Positions 28,316 through 37,789 of a stretch of DNA of 64,000 nucleotides are shown one piece after another; position 1 is the stretch's first letter, and each line of letters opens with the position of its first letter. The stretch is from Actinomycetales bacterium (GTDB taxonomy: Bacteria; Actinomycetota; Actinomycetes; Actinomycetales; CAWJMD01). Where the stretch lies: assembly GCA_038213835.1 (NCBI GenBank), contig JBBQSN010000001.1:2160-66159 (forward strand). The letters run 5' to 3'. The position numbers were made by a program, and so were the translations under genes. The notes beneath the pieces are model-generated. The model was not told the origin of the DNA and did not search any database. It was given only the letters and a program-made list of their open reading frames with translations.

Positions 28316-28403
28316 GGAGGATTCGCCTAGTGGCCTAGGGCGCACGCTTGGAAAGCGTGTTGAGGGAAACCTCTCAGGGGTTCAAATCCCCTATCCTCCG
28401 CCA
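28316..28403 (+). tRNA. tRNA-Ser (anticodon GGA), CCA encoded
   Basis: The acceptor stem pairs GGAGGAT with ATCCTCC. The anticodon stem-loop is CACGC-TTGGAAA-GCGTG. It has a long variable arm, a T-loop GGTTCAAATCC, and a terminal GCCA. Confidence 0.9.
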
Positions 28404-29031
28404 GCACCGTGGGGCTCCCGACCGATCCGGTCGGGGGCCCTTCGTGCGCTCCACCAGGTCAGCAGCCAGGTGAGCAGGACCACCACGACCGCGATGCCGA
28501 CGGACGTGGCCGCGACCGCGGCGTAGCCGCCGTTCGCGGGTCGAGGAACGGGTACGGGTACCAGCCGACGAGCGGTCCGCGCACCAGGCTGTAGGCCACG
28601 TAGGCCATCGGGTACAGCAGCCAGAGCAGCGCGCTGCGGAACGGTACGGGGGGCGAGGGCGGGCCGAGCGCCCAGTCCAGCGCGAACCAGATCGGCACCA
28701 GGTAGTGCAGCACCGTGTTGTCCCACGGCACCGCGGTGAGCTGGTCGGCCGGCAGGCCCGACAGCAGCACCGAGAAGACGATCCCGGTGACGACCATGCA
28801 CAAGGTGGCGAGGCCCCGCAGCCACGAGAGCCACGGCCCCTCGGGGCGGGTGACCACCAGCAGCAGCGTCCCCGCCGCCAGCAGGTTGCTCTGGATCGTG
28901 AAGAAGCTGAGGAAGTTGCCCGGGACGAACGTGCCACGCACGACCAGGACGACGACCTCGGTGCCGACGGCCGACAGCCCCAGGAGCGCGACGAGGACCC
29001 GCAGCGCCCGGAGCACCGGGGGCGCGATCAC
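28391..29031 (-). pseudogene. Pr6Pr/AIG1-like polytopic membrane protein with an apparent 1-nt frameshift near 28536-28541
   Basis: Track ORF 28459..29031 (FTIQSNLL..., GWYPYPFLDP) ends in an Arg/Ser/Pro-rich tail. After FLDP the adjacent frame (track ORF 28391..29047) reads ANGGYAAVAATSVGIAVVVVLLTWLLTWW, a clean terminal TM helix. One extra C in the ccc run would join the two frames. The extended reading ends 13 nt inside tRNA-Ser on the opposite strand. Confidence 0.55.
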
Positions 29032-29360
29032 CGCCCCTTCCTGACACCGAAGACGGACCGCACGGTCTCGGGGCCCAGGACGGTCCCGGCTGAGCAGGCG
29101 GAGGACGTGAGTGGCGGCGAGCGCAGCACCCGCTCGGCTGAACCCTCCTTCCCGTCGTCGGAGGTGAGGCCGCGCATCACCGCGCGCAGGTCCTCGAGGT
29201 CGAGAGGCAGCAGACCGGCCTTGCCGGCGCGCAGGACCAGCCCGGGGAAGGCGTCGGCGGCGACGGCGAGGGCTCCGAGATCCGGTGCGGGGCCGTCGGA
29301 CGCGTACCCCTCGGTCACGGCCCGGACGACGTCCGGCTCGGACGCTGAGGACTCGGGCAC
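29028..29360 (-). CDS. Hypothetical protein
   Basis: GTG 29360 is preceded by GAGGAG with a 7-nt spacer. GC3 is high. Its TGA overlaps the GTG of the downstream membrane-protein gene (GTGA at 29028-29031). Confidence 0.6.
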   Translation of the reverse strand: MPESSASEPDVVRAVTEGYASDGPAPDLGALAVAADAFPGLVLRAGKAGLLPLDLEDLRAVMRGLTSDDGKEGSAERVLRSPPLTSSACSAGTVLGPETVRSVFGVRKGR

Positions 29361-29457
29361 GTGGGCTCCTCGCCTGCTCGGCTCGGCCGGTGTCTCGATG
29401 CGGTCACCGCTGCCCGCAGGCTAGTGCCGACACCCGCCGCGCGGCACCTCGGCGTGG

Positions 29458-29769
29458 TTGGATGCCCCGGTGATCTTCAAGGCCGTGGGGGACGCGCGCC
29501 CTTACCCGGACCATGGCCACACCACGCCCAAGCAGTGGGCGCAGGTGCCGCCGCGGCAGGTGCGGCTCACCGAGCTGGTCACGACCAAGCGCACCCTCGA
29601 CCTGGACGCCCTGCTCGCCGACGACTCCACCTTCTTCGGCGACCTGTTCGCGCACGTCGTCCAGTGGAAGGGCGAGCTGTACCTCGAGGACGGCCTGCAC
29701 CGGGCGGTTCGGGCGGCGCTGCACCAGCGCCCGATCCTGCACGCACGGGTCCTGGTCCTGGACGACTGA
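29458..29769 (+). CDS. Conserved hypothetical protein, ParB/sulfiredoxin-like fold suspected
   Basis: Track ORF with high GC3. Contains LTELVTTKRTL and EDGLHRAVRAAL motifs. The start is ambiguous between TTG 29458 and GTG 29470. Confidence 0.62.
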   Translation: MDAPVIFKAVGDARPYPDHGHTTPKQWAQVPPRQVRLTELVTTKRTLDLDALLADDSTFFGDLFAHVVQWKGELYLEDGLHRAVRAALHQRPILHARVLVLDD

Positions 29770-29779
29770 GGCGCGACGC

Positions 29780-30442
29780 GTGAGCCAGGACGACGGCGAC
29801 GGCTACGACCCCCACGACGACGCCCTCGAGTGGACCGACGAGGACGAGGACCGCTACCAGGCGCGCCGCCGCGAGGAGCGCCGTCGGCGGCGCCGTCGGC
29901 GGCGTCAGGGCTGGTCGTTCGCGGTCCTGGTCCTGGTCGTGCTCGGCGCCGGCGTCGGGGGAGCCGGCATCAGCCAGGGCTGGTGGGAGTGGCCGTTCGG
30001 CCGCGAGGAGCCCGACACCGCCGCTGCGCCCTCGTGCGCACCGGTGGCCGCCACGGTCGCGGCGCCCGCCGACGTCCGGCTGAACGTGCTGAACGCCACC
30101 GACCGCCGCGGGCTCGCCGGCCAGGTCGGTGGCGAGCTGACCGCGCGAGGCTACGTGGTGGCCAGCATCGGCAACGAGGAGAGCGGCGTCGACGTCGCCG
30201 AGCCCGCCCAGGTCCGGTACGGCCCGGCCCTGATCGCGGCCGCCCAGTCCGTCGCCGTGCAGATCCCCGGTGCCGTCCTGGTCGACGACGGCCGCGAGGG
30301 CGAGGTCGTCGACGTCACCCTGGGCGATGGCTACCAGGCCCTGGCCCCGGCAGAGGAGGCGACGGCGGCGATCGCGGCTGCGGCTTCTGCACAGCCGACG
30401 GGCTGCACCCCGGGCACCCCGGCGCCGACCACCACCGGCTGA
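29780..30442 (+). CDS. LytR C-terminal (LytR_C) domain-containing membrane-anchored protein
   Basis: The order is an acidic N-terminus, an Arg tract, a TM helix, then VRLNVLNATDRRGLAGQVGGELTARGYVV...VDVTLGDGY. GTG 29780 was chosen. The track ORF 29513..30442 is over-extended. Confidence 0.8.
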   Translation: MSQDDGDGYDPHDDALEWTDEDEDRYQARRREERRRRRRRRRQGWSFAVLVLVVLGAGVGGAGISQGWWEWPFGREEPDTAAAPSCAPVAATVAAPADVRLNVLNATDRRGLAGQVGGELTARGYVVASIGNEESGVDVAEPAQVRYGPALIAAAQSVAVQIPGAVLVDDGREGEVVDVTLGDGYQALAPAEEATAAIAAAASAQPTGCTPGTPAPTTTG

Positions 30443-30597
30443 CCCCGCTGGCGAGGGTCGACAAGCTCCCGTCGTGCTGGACGTCCACGCGATCCTCGAG
30501 ACCGTGCAGGACCTCCGGGGCGCGATCGAGACGTTCGCGGGCACGGGCCTGCTGAGGAACCGCCGGCGAGGACGGCGACGACTGACCGCCGGCCTGG

Positions 30598-31746
30598 TCA
30601 GGGGGCGAGCCCGGCGTGGCCCTTGGCGGTCTGCTTGACCCCGTAGAGCGCGGCGTCCAGCGCAGCGAGGGGAAGACGGGTGCGCGGAGCCAGGGTGACG
30701 CCGATGGACACCGAGACCGCCAGGTGCGCCCACGGGGGCGGCGGGTGGGAGCTCCGGACCGCAGCGGCCAGCCGCTCGCCCAGGGCCAGCAGTACGGCCG
30801 GGTTCGCCGCGCCGGGATTCGGAAGCAGCAGCACGAACTCGTCCCCTCCCCAGCGGACGAGCACGTCGCCGGGCCGGCTGTGCTCACCGAGCAACCTGGC
30901 CACCGTCGCCAGCACCGCGTCTCCCGCCTCGTGCCCCCAGGTGTCGTTGACCGCCTTCAGGTCGTCGACGTCGACCAGCATGGCCAGCAGGTCGGCCGGC
31001 GCGTCCTGGTCGCCGAGGTACCGCTCGAGGTAGTGGCGGTTGTGGAGGCCGGTGAGCCGGTCCAGCTCGGCCAGTGCGCTGGAGGCCGCCAGGTCCGATC
31101 TCAGCCGGGTGTTGCGTCGGCCCCCGGCTTCCAGGGCGTGGACGAGGTGCTCGGCGGCCACCTCCAGACGAGCCTCGACGTCGCTGACCTCGACCTCGGC
31201 GACGGTCCCTATGTGTCCTCGGGCCGCGTCGACGACGTCCGGCGGCAGGTCGGGGGCGAGGTCCTCGACGAGGGTGGCGGCGTGGTCGACGGCCAGCCGG
31301 CGGCGGAACGTCCAGGCCGCCTCGAACGTCCGCGACCCCTGCAGCGTCCGTTCGTCAGCGGCCGGCTCGTGCCGGTCGACCGCGTCCAGGTGCGTCGCGC
31401 AGCCGTCGCGCAGGAGCAGCAGCGTCCACCGTCGTGCGCGCGGGTCCTCGGGGGCCAGCTGGACGGCGTGCACCCCGGGCGGCAGTCCGGTCGTCTCACC
31501 GTCGAAGGCGACGATCACGGTGTGACCCGACCGAGCCAGCTCGGCGTACCGACCGGCTTCGACGTCGAAGTACTCCCGCCGCTGGAAATGCGCGATCACC
31601 AGTCCGGGGACGTCCTCGTCCCCGCCGTCGGCGAAGGCCCGCTCCATCGCGTGCGACAGCAGCATCAGGGTCCGCTTGCTCATCGAGCGCGGACGAGCCG
31701 GTCCCGCCGTACCCCGCTCCACCGGCCGGGCCCGTGAGGTGGACAT
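30598..31746 (-). CDS. DICT sensory domain + GGDEF diguanylate cyclase
   Basis: Has a GGDEF motif (RWGGDEFVLLL) and an N-terminal DICT-like region (SKRTLMLLSHAMERA...AHFQRREYF). ATG 31746 is preceded by GGGAG. Alternative starts are at 31797 and 31683. Confidence 0.85.
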   Translation of the reverse strand: MSTSRARPVERGTAGPARPRSMSKRTLMLLSHAMERAFADGGDEDVPGLVIAHFQRREYFDVEAGRYAELARSGHTVIVAFDGETTGLPPGVHAVQLAPEDPRARRWTLLLLRDGCATHLDAVDRHEPAADERTLQGSRTFEAAWTFRRRLAVDHAATLVEDLAPDLPPDVVDAARGHIGTVAEVEVSDVEARLEVAAEHLVHALEAGGRRNTRLRSDLAASSALAELDRLTGLHNRHYLERYLGDQDAPADLLAMLVDVDDLKAVNDTWGHEAGDAVLATVARLLGEHSRPGDVLVRWGGDEFVLLLPNPGAANPAVLLALGERLAAAVRSSHPPPPWAHLAVSVSIGVTLAPRTRLPLAALDAALYGVKQTAKGHAGLAP

Positions 31747-31929
31747 CGCGGGCTCCCGTCGTGACGGGTCCTGCCTGGACGCCGCAGAGCCCACCATCGA
31801 CCGTCGGCCCGGTGCCCGCCAGGGGCTTTGGTCCTGCTCCGGGAACGACGAAATCCCCCGCGGAACAGCTCATCGGCTGCCCACGAGGGGTTCGTCACGA
31901 CCGGGCCCCCTGGTCTGTCGAGGACCCCC

Positions 31930-32019
31930 TGGCGGTGGCGGAGGGATTTGAACCCTCGGTGGGGTTGCCCCCACACACGCTTTCGAGGCGTGCTCCTTAG
32001 GCCGCTCGGACACGCCACC
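31930..32019 (-). tRNA. tRNA-Ser (anticodon CGA), CCA encoded
   Basis: On the reverse strand the acceptor stem pairs GGTGGCG with CGCCACC. The anticodon stem-loop is CACGC-CTCGAAA-GCGTG. It has a long variable arm and a T-loop GGTTCAAATCC. Confidence 0.9.
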
Positions 32020-32082
32020 GTCGACGAGGATACCGACGGCCGGTCGGGCCTCCAACTCGCTGCCCCCGGTGGGCGGCCGCGG

Positions 32083-32514
32083 TCACCGGTGGCCGAGGAA
32101 GAACCCCTTCAGCACCTCGGCGCACTCGTCCTCGCGGACGCCGCCGACGACCTCGACCCGGTGGTTGAGCCGGCGGTCGCGGACGACGTCCCGGAGCGAG
32201 CCGGTGGCACCGGCCTTGGGGTCCCAGGTGCCGAGCACGATCCGGCGCACGCGGGCGAGCACGGCGGCGCCGGCGCACATGGTGCACGGCTCGAGCGTGA
32301 CCACGAGGGTGCAACCGTCCAGCCGCCACCCGCCCCGCGCGGCGGCGGCCGAGCGCAGGGCGAGCACCTCGGCGTGCGCGGTCGGGTCGCCGGTGGCCTC
32401 GCGGGCGTTCCGACCGGCGCCGAGGACGACCCCGTCGGCGTCGACGACCACGGCACCCACGGGGACGTCGCCGGTCGCGATCGCGGCCCGGGCCTCCACC
32501 AGGGCCAGCCCCAT
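32083..32514 (-). CDS. tadA: tRNA-specific adenosine deaminase
   Basis: Contains the CDA zinc motifs HAE (TAHAEVLAL) and PCxxC (EPCTMCAGA). Confidence 0.9.
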   Translation of the reverse strand: MGLALVEARAAIATGDVPVGAVVVDADGVVLGAGRNAREATGDPTAHAEVLALRSAAAARGGWRLDGCTLVVTLEPCTMCAGAAVLARVRRIVLGTWDPKAGATGSLRDVVRDRRLNHRVEVVGGVREDECAEVLKGFFLGHR

Positions 32515-32546
32515 CAGCCCGGCGTCCAGGCCCGGCTCGAGGGCGT

Positions 32547-33167
32547 TCAGCGCAGCGCCTCGATCAGCTCGTCGAAGCCGCAGACCTCGCCGACGGCGGT
32601 GAGGACCGTGGCCGGGTCGTCCTGGTGCTCCTCGACGAGGTCGAGCAGCTGCCGGGCGCCCACCCCCAGGTCGGTGAGGAGCGCGGGGTCGCCGGCCCAG
32701 AGGTCGATCGGCTCGGGATCGGGGTCGGGCTGCACCAGCTTCTCGCCGTCCAGGGCCTCCTCGAGCTCGGCCACGGCCCCGGCGTCGTGCTCGACCTCCT
32801 CGTCCGGGCGCGGCTCGTCGTCAGGCGTCGCGGCCGCCGCCGGGATGCGCTCGTAGGCGTGCACTCCCGGGACGTCGACGTCGACGTCGGCCGCGGTGGC
32901 CAGCACCGGCTCGTAGTGGCCGCGCAGCGCCGCGTCGAGGTCGGAGACGAACAGCCTCGGGTCCTCGGCGCCGTCGACCCGCACCAGCGCGAACCAGCCG
33001 TCCTCGCGCTCGATCACGCACAGCACGGGCTCGTCGTCGACGGCCGCCCCGCGGAGCAGGTCAGCGAGGTCGTCGAGGTCGGAGCAGTCCTCGACGTCGA
33101 CGTCGCGCGCGCGCCAGGAGGACCCGTCAGAGGCCATCACCGCGGTGAAGAAGGACACGGCGCCCAT
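32547..33167 (-). CDS. Acidic protein of the 'tRNA adenosine deaminase-associated' family
   Basis: Lies immediately upstream of tadA. Begins ...[35 protein letters not shown] and is very acidic. The start is ATG 33167 or GTG 33158. The track ORF is over-extended to 33560. Confidence 0.78.
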   Translation of the reverse strand: MGAVSFFTAVMASDGSSWRARDVDVEDCSDLDDLADLLRGAAVDDEPVLCVIEREDGWFALVRVDGAEDPRLFVSDLDAALRGHYEPVLATAADVDVDVPGVHAYERIPAAAATPDDEPRPDEEVEHDAGAVAELEEALDGEKLVQPDPDPEPIDLWAGDPALLTDLGVGARQLLDLVEEHQDDPATVLTAVGEVCGFDELIEALR

Positions 33168-33225
33168 CCTGGCAAACCGCTCGCCCGCCGACCACCCCGT
33201 CCGCTGTGCCGGTAGGTTCCTCGTC

Positions 33226-33861
33226 ATGCGCCTGCACGTCGCGGACCACCCGCTCGTCTCCCACAAGCTGACCGCCCTGCGCGACGTCGGCACCGACTCG
33301 CCCACGTTCCGCCGGCTGGTCGACGAGCTGGTCACCCTGCTCGCGTACGAGGCCACCCGCGAGGTGCGCACCGAGGACGTCGAGGTCGTGACGCCGGTCT
33401 CGCCCACCACCGGCGTCAAGCTCAGCTCCCCCAAGCCGCTGGTGGTCCCGATCCTGCGCGCCGGGCTGGGGATGCTCGACGGCATGGTGCGGCTGCTGCC
33501 GACGGCCGAGGTGGGCTTCCTCGGGATGATCCGCGACGAGGAGACCCTGCAGGCGAGCACCTACGCCAACCGGCTCCCGGACGACCTGTCCGGCCGCCAG
33601 GTGTACGTGCTCGACCCCATGCTCGCGACGGGCGGGACCTTGGTCGCGGCGTTCGACTTCCTGTTCGAGCGCGGCGCCGAGGAGATCACCGCGATCTGCC
33701 TGCTGGTGGCCCCCGAGGGCGTGGCGGTGATCGAGGAGCGCTTCGCCGACCACCCGTCGGTGACCGTCGTGACCGCCTCGCTCGACGAGCGGCTCAACGA
33801 GCACGGCTACATCGTCCCGGGGCTCGGCGACGCCGGAGACCGCCTCTACGGAGTCGTCTGA
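33226..33861 (+). CDS. upp: Uracil phosphoribosyltransferase
   Basis: Contains [13 protein letters not shown], the PRPP loop ([12 protein letters not shown]) and [15 protein letters not shown]. Confidence 0.93.
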   Translation: MRLHVADHPLVSHKLTALRDVGTDSPTFRRLVDELVTLLAYEATREVRTEDVEVVTPVSPTTGVKLSSPKPLVVPILRAGLGMLDGMVRLLPTAEVGFLGMIRDEETLQASTYANRLPDDLSGRQVYVLDPMLATGGTLVAAFDFLFERGAEEITAICLLVAPEGVAVIEERFADHPSVTVVTASLDERLNEHGYIVPGLGDAGDRLYGVV

Positions 33862-33985
33862 GCACGACCGACCCGCCCGACCGCCCCGGCGTGCCTGCGC
33901 GACAGGCCGCCACCCAGCGTCCATGCTGGGCCAGGCAGAGCACGCGCCTTCCCCATAGCGTGCCCGCGACCGTGAGGAGCTCGAC

Positions 33986-34153
33986 GTGTCCCGCGCCAAG
34001 AGGGTGCTGATCTGGTTCCTGATCGCCTTCGCGGTCTACGCCATCTTCAAGAGCCCGGACCAGGCCGCCGGCATCGTCGCCAGCGCCTGGGACGGCATCG
34101 TGTCCGGCGTCTCGGCCATCGGCCGGTTCTTCGACGCCCTGCTCGGCTCCTAG
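33986..34153 (+). CDS. Small (55-aa) membrane protein, not in the ORF track
   Basis: GTG 33986 is preceded by GAGGAG with a 6-nt spacer. The product is VSRAKRVLIWFLIAFAVYAIFKSPDQAAGIVASAWDGIVSGVSAIGRFFDALLGS. GC3 is high. It ends 19 nt before the next gene's GTG. Confidence 0.55.
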   Translation: MSRAKRVLIWFLIAFAVYAIFKSPDQAAGIVASAWDGIVSGVSAIGRFFDALLGS

Positions 34154-34172
34154 GGCTGTCGAGGAGGGTGCC

Positions 34173-34835
34173 GTGAAGACCGGCCGCGTCCGCGACGCCG
34201 GGCGGGCGGTCGGACGGGTGGTCATCCGCCGGATCGCCGCCGACGTCCCCCCGCACCTGGACCGCTACCTGCTGGCCTCGGAGATGGTGGTCGTCGCCGT
34301 GCGCCGACACCCGGCCCAGGTCCTGGAGCCCGTGCTGTCGGCGGTGGCCGCACTGTTCCTGGTCCTGTGGGCCACCAGCAGCCTGTCCCCCGACGTCGAG
34401 CTCGTGCCCGACGTGCTGTGGGTCTCGTGGCTGCTCGTGCTCGGCCGGGCGCTGTGGCGGCTCTGGGAGTGGTCACGGGACTGGTTCATCGCGACGGACA
34501 CCAGGCTGCTGCTCACCTACGGGATCCTGACCCGCAAGGTCGCGATGATGCCGCTGGGCAAGGTGACGGACATGTCCTACAACCGCTCGCCGCTCGGCCG
34601 GCTGCTCGGCTACGGCGAGTTCGTGCTGGAGTCCGCCGGTCAGGAGCAGGCGATGCGGGTCGTCTCGTGGTTGCCCGACCCCGACGACCTGTACCGGCTG
34701 ATCTGCGCCGAGATCTTCGGCTCGGACCGCGGCCGCCGGGTCGGGCCCGATGTCGTGGTGCAGGACGCCGCCTCGGAGCGGGATCCGGACGACGACCAGG
34801 ATCGCAACGCGACCGTCGACATCTACGAGGACTGA
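34173..34835 (+). CDS. Bacterial PH domain (bPH_2/YdbS-like) membrane protein
   Basis: GTG 34173 is preceded by GAGGAGG. Two TM helices are followed by TDTRLLLTYGILTRKVAMMPLGKVTDMSYNRSPLGRLLGYGEFVLES. Confidence 0.8.
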   Translation: MKTGRVRDAGRAVGRVVIRRIAADVPPHLDRYLLASEMVVVAVRRHPAQVLEPVLSAVAALFLVLWATSSLSPDVELVPDVLWVSWLLVLGRALWRLWEWSRDWFIATDTRLLLTYGILTRKVAMMPLGKVTDMSYNRSPLGRLLGYGEFVLESAGQEQAMRVVSWLPDPDDLYRLICAEIFGSDRGRRVGPDVVVQDAASERDPDDDQDRNATVDIYED

Positions 34836-34849
34836 CCGCCAGGCCCGAC

Positions 34850-34869
34850 CCGCGCTCACGCGAGCGCGG
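34850..34869. terminator. GC-rich hairpin between convergent genes
   Basis: CCGCGCTC-ACGC-GAGCGCGG forms a perfect 8-bp stem with a 4-nt loop, between the stops at 34835 (+) and 34881 (-). There is no U-tract. Confidence 0.4.
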
Positions 34870-34880
34870 CCGTGCACCGC

Positions 34881-35657
34881 TCAGCCCTGGACGTCCTTGG
34901 CCTCTCGGGCGGTACGCCGTGCGGCGCTCTGCGCGGCGTCGGCGACCGCGGCCTCCTCGGGCGTGGGGGCGGCGCCGCCCAGGTGGGCCGGCAGCCACCA
35001 CGCGTGCGGGCCCGGGTCGTCCAGGGACGGGTGCTCGGCCTGGGCCGTGTCGACCAGGGACTGCAGCGTGCTGCGCAGCTGCTCGGTGGCGGCGTCCATG
35101 TCGTCGCGGGTGGTGACGGTGATCGGCTCGCCCACGACGATCAGGACGGTCTGGCCGCGGACGAAGCGGCGCGGGTGGTTCTTGGTCCAGAGCCGCTGCC
35201 CGCCCCACACCGCGACGGGCAGGATCGGCACCTTGGCGGCGGCGGCCATCCGGACGGCGCCGGACTTGATCTCCTTGACGGTGAACGACTGGCTGATCGT
35301 GGCCTCGGGGAAGACGCCGACGACCTCGCCGCCCTTGAGCAGCTTCAGCGCGGTGCGGAACGAGGCGGTGCCCGACTCGCGGTCGACCGGGATGTGGTGC
35401 ATCCCGCGCATCAGCGGCCCGGAGACCTTGTGGTGGAAGACGCCGTCCTTGGCCATGAACCGGGTGAGCCGCCGTCCGCCCTTCCACGGCGCCAGCCCGG
35501 CGAAGATGAAGTCGAGGTAGCTGACGTGGTTCGAGGCGAGGACCACGCCCCCGGTGGCCGGGACGTGCTCGGCCCCCACGACCTTCACGGTCATGCCGAG
35601 CGCCCGGAAGGCGCCGAGGGCGGCACGGACCACCACGGGGTAGACGTAGTCCTTCAC
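34881..35657 (-). CDS. 1-acyl-sn-glycerol-3-phosphate acyltransferase family protein
   Basis: Contains the acyltransferase motifs NHVSYLD and VFPEAT. Confidence 0.87.
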   Translation of the reverse strand: MKDYVYPVVVRAALGAFRALGMTVKVVGAEHVPATGGVVLASNHVSYLDFIFAGLAPWKGGRRLTRFMAKDGVFHHKVSGPLMRGMHHIPVDRESGTASFRTALKLLKGGEVVGVFPEATISQSFTVKEIKSGAVRMAAAAKVPILPVAVWGGQRLWTKNHPRRFVRGQTVLIVVGEPITVTTRDDMDAATEQLRSTLQSLVDTAQAEHPSLDDPGPHAWWLPAHLGGAAPTPEEAAVADAAQSAARRTAREAKDVQG

Positions 35658-35734
35658 CGGGAACGCTCCACCTGCGGGAGCCTAGTACCGCGCCGGCACT
35701 GTGACAGCGCTGCGCGACGACGACGCGTTCGGCC

Positions 35735-37789
35735 TCACTGCCCCTGGTGGACGGCGTCGTCGCGCAGGGCGGACGCGGCCACCAGGTGCTCGGGGATCCC
35801 GAAGGCGTCGACCAGCTCGGCGGCGTACGGTCGCAGCCCGGCGCACAGGGCGTCGACGGCGGCGGTGACCTCCTTCGCGCGGCGGGGAGTCATCCGGCCG
35901 TGCTCCAGGAACCAGCCGCGGTCGGCCTCGACCTGCGCGAGGACGTAGAGGTCGCACACGGCGTCGAGCAGCCGGGCCACGCCGTCGTCCTCACAGCCGT
36001 CGACCGCCGCGGCGAACGACTCGAGCACCACCCGGTGCACGTGCGCCCGGGCGGCGCCGAGCAGGTGCTCCTGGCAGGAGCTGAAGGCCTCGAAGGCGTC
36101 CCCCTGGCCCTTCGCCGCCCGCAGCCGCTGGGCGACCGTCTCCAGCAGGTGCTTCTCGCGGTCCTCGAACAAGGTGACGTGCCAGGCACGGTCGTAGACG
36201 CCGCGCTCGCCGTCCTTGCCGGGTGCGGTGCCGAGCAGCCGCGCCACCAGCGGCGCCACGACGGCACGCTCGATCACCGCGGTGACCATCTGCTCGGCGA
36301 CGAACCGCGCCACCCCGAACGCGTCCATCTCGCCCACGTGGTGCTTGTAGCCGGTGAGCAGCCCCTTGCCGACGAGCTGGAGCAGCACCGTGTTGTCGCC
36401 CTCGAAGGTGGCGAACACGTCGACGTCGGCTCGCAGCTGGACGAGCAGGTTCTCTGCCAGGTAGCCGTTGCCGCCGCAGGCCTCACGACAGGCCTGCACG
36501 GTGGCGTTCGCGTGCGCGGTGGTGACGGCCTTGATGCCGGCCGCCTGGGTCTCGAGCTCGCGCTGGGCCCCCTCGTGGCCGCCGTCACCCCCGAGCGCGC
36601 CGGAGGTCTGGACGTCGTGCAGCTCGGCCGTGAGCTGCGACTGCGCCAGGTGCAGCGCGTACGTGGTGGCCAGCGCGGGCAGCAGTCGCCGCTGGTGCGC
36701 CTGGTAGTCGAGCAGGAGCACCTCCTCGCCGTCCTCGGTGCGCTCGAACTGCCTGCGCCGCAAGCCGTACCGGATCGCGATGGTCAGCGCCGACTGGGTC
36801 GCGGCACCGGCCGCGCCGGCAACGGAGATGCGTCCCCGGACGAGCGTGCCGAGCATGGTGAAGAACCGTCGCTTGGGGTTCTCGATCGGGCTGGAGTACT
36901 CGCCGTCCTCGCTGATCGAGCCGTACCGGTCGAGCAGGTTCGCACGCGGCACGCGCACCTGGTCGAACGAGAGCCGGCCGTTGTCGACGCCGTTGAGACC
37001 GCCCTTGCGCCCGTCGTCACCGATCGTGACACCTGGTGCAGCAGAACCGTCCTCGTCGCGGATGGGGATGATCACGGCGTGCACGCCCCGACCCTCGCCA
37101 CCCACGACGAGCTGCGCGAAGACGACCGCCACGCGGCCGTGCTCGGCTGCGTTGCCGATGTAGTCCTTGCGGTCGCGCACGGTCGGGGTGTGCACGACGA
37201 TCTCGTCGGTGCCGGGGTCGTAGGTGGCGGTGGTGCCGAGCGACTCGACGTCCGAGCCGTGCCCGGACTCGGTCATCGCGAAGCACCCGAGCAGGCTGAG
37301 GTCCATCGCGCCCGGCAGGTAGCGGCGGTGGTGCTCGTCGTTGCCCAGCGCGGTGATCGCCCCTGCGAACAGCCCCCACTGGACACCGGCCTTGACCATG
37401 ACGGACAGGTCGGCGTGGCCGAGCATCTCGATCGCGGTGACCGAGCCGCCGATGTCGCCGTCACCACCCACCGCGAGGGGGAACCCGGCCGCGAACGGGC
37501 CGCCCTCGGCCAGTGCGCGCAGCCGCTCCAGCGTCAGCCGTCGGTGCTCGGTGGTGCCGACGTCGGTGACAGGCGGGGTCGCCTCCGCCCGCATCCGCTC
37601 GCGCGCGGCGTCGCGCACGTGCGCCCAGCGGCCGTCCAGGACCCGGCCGAGGGAGACGCGCTGGTCGTCCGAGAGCCCCTCGAAGCCCTCCAGGACGGCG
37701 CGGCCGGAGTGACGCAGCCCCACTGTCCCGGTCGCGCTGGAGGAGGTCGTGCCGCTGCTGCCCATGTCGGTGCCCATGTCGGTGCCCAT
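35735..37789 (-). CDS. Acyl-CoA oxidase/dehydrogenase family protein (ACOX-like, long C-terminal domain)
   Basis: The acyl-CoA dehydrogenase N/M/C domain pattern (CFAMTESGHGSDV, GGNGY) is followed by an extended oxidase-type C-terminus. Three in-frame ATGs (37789, 37777, 37765) arise from a 12-nt duplication. Confidence 0.87.
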   Translation of the reverse strand: MGTDMGTDMGSSGTTSSSATGTVGLRHSGRAVLEGFEGLSDDQRVSLGRVLDGRWAHVRDAARERMRAEATPPVTDVGTTEHRRLTLERLRALAEGGPFAAGFPLAVGGDGDIGGSVTAIEMLGHADLSVMVKAGVQWGLFAGAITALGNDEHHRRYLPGAMDLSLLGCFAMTESGHGSDVESLGTTATYDPGTDEIVVHTPTVRDRKDYIGNAAEHGRVAVVFAQLVVGGEGRGVHAVIIPIRDEDGSAAPGVTIGDDGRKGGLNGVDNGRLSFDQVRVPRANLLDRYGSISEDGEYSSPIENPKRRFFTMLGTLVRGRISVAGAAGAATQSALTIAIRYGLRRRQFERTEDGEEVLLLDYQAHQRRLLPALATTYALHLAQSQLTAELHDVQTSGALGGDGGHEGAQRELETQAAGIKAVTTAHANATVQACREACGGNGYLAENLLVQLRADVDVFATFEGDNTVLLQLVGKGLLTGYKHHVGEMDAFGVARFVAEQMVTAVIERAVVAPLVARLLGTAPGKDGERGVYDRAWHVTLFEDREKHLLETVAQRLRAAKGQGDAFEAFSSCQEHLLGAARAHVHRVVLESFAAAVDGCEDDGVARLLDAVCDLYVLAQVEADRGWFLEHGRMTPRRAKEVTAAVDALCAGLRPYAAELVDAFGIPEHLVAASALRDDAVHQGQ

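Noticed and set aside
30474-30638. A 54-codon GC3-rich ORF (VLDVHAILETVQDLRGAIETF...) in the spacer between the LytR_C and GGDEF genes.
   Set aside because: It has no usable RBS (the nearest GAGGG is about 16 nt upstream). Its C-terminal third is an Arg tract that overlaps the convergent GGDEF gene by 41 nt. It is more likely a chance open frame.
28316-32019. A 3.5-kb segment bracketed by two tRNA-Ser genes, considered as a possible integrated element.
   Set aside because: There is no integrase, recombinase or phage gene. No direct repeat of either tRNA 3' end is present in the window. The composition matches the flanks, and the content (LytR_C, GGDEF, small conserved proteins next to tadA) looks like conserved actinobacterial core.
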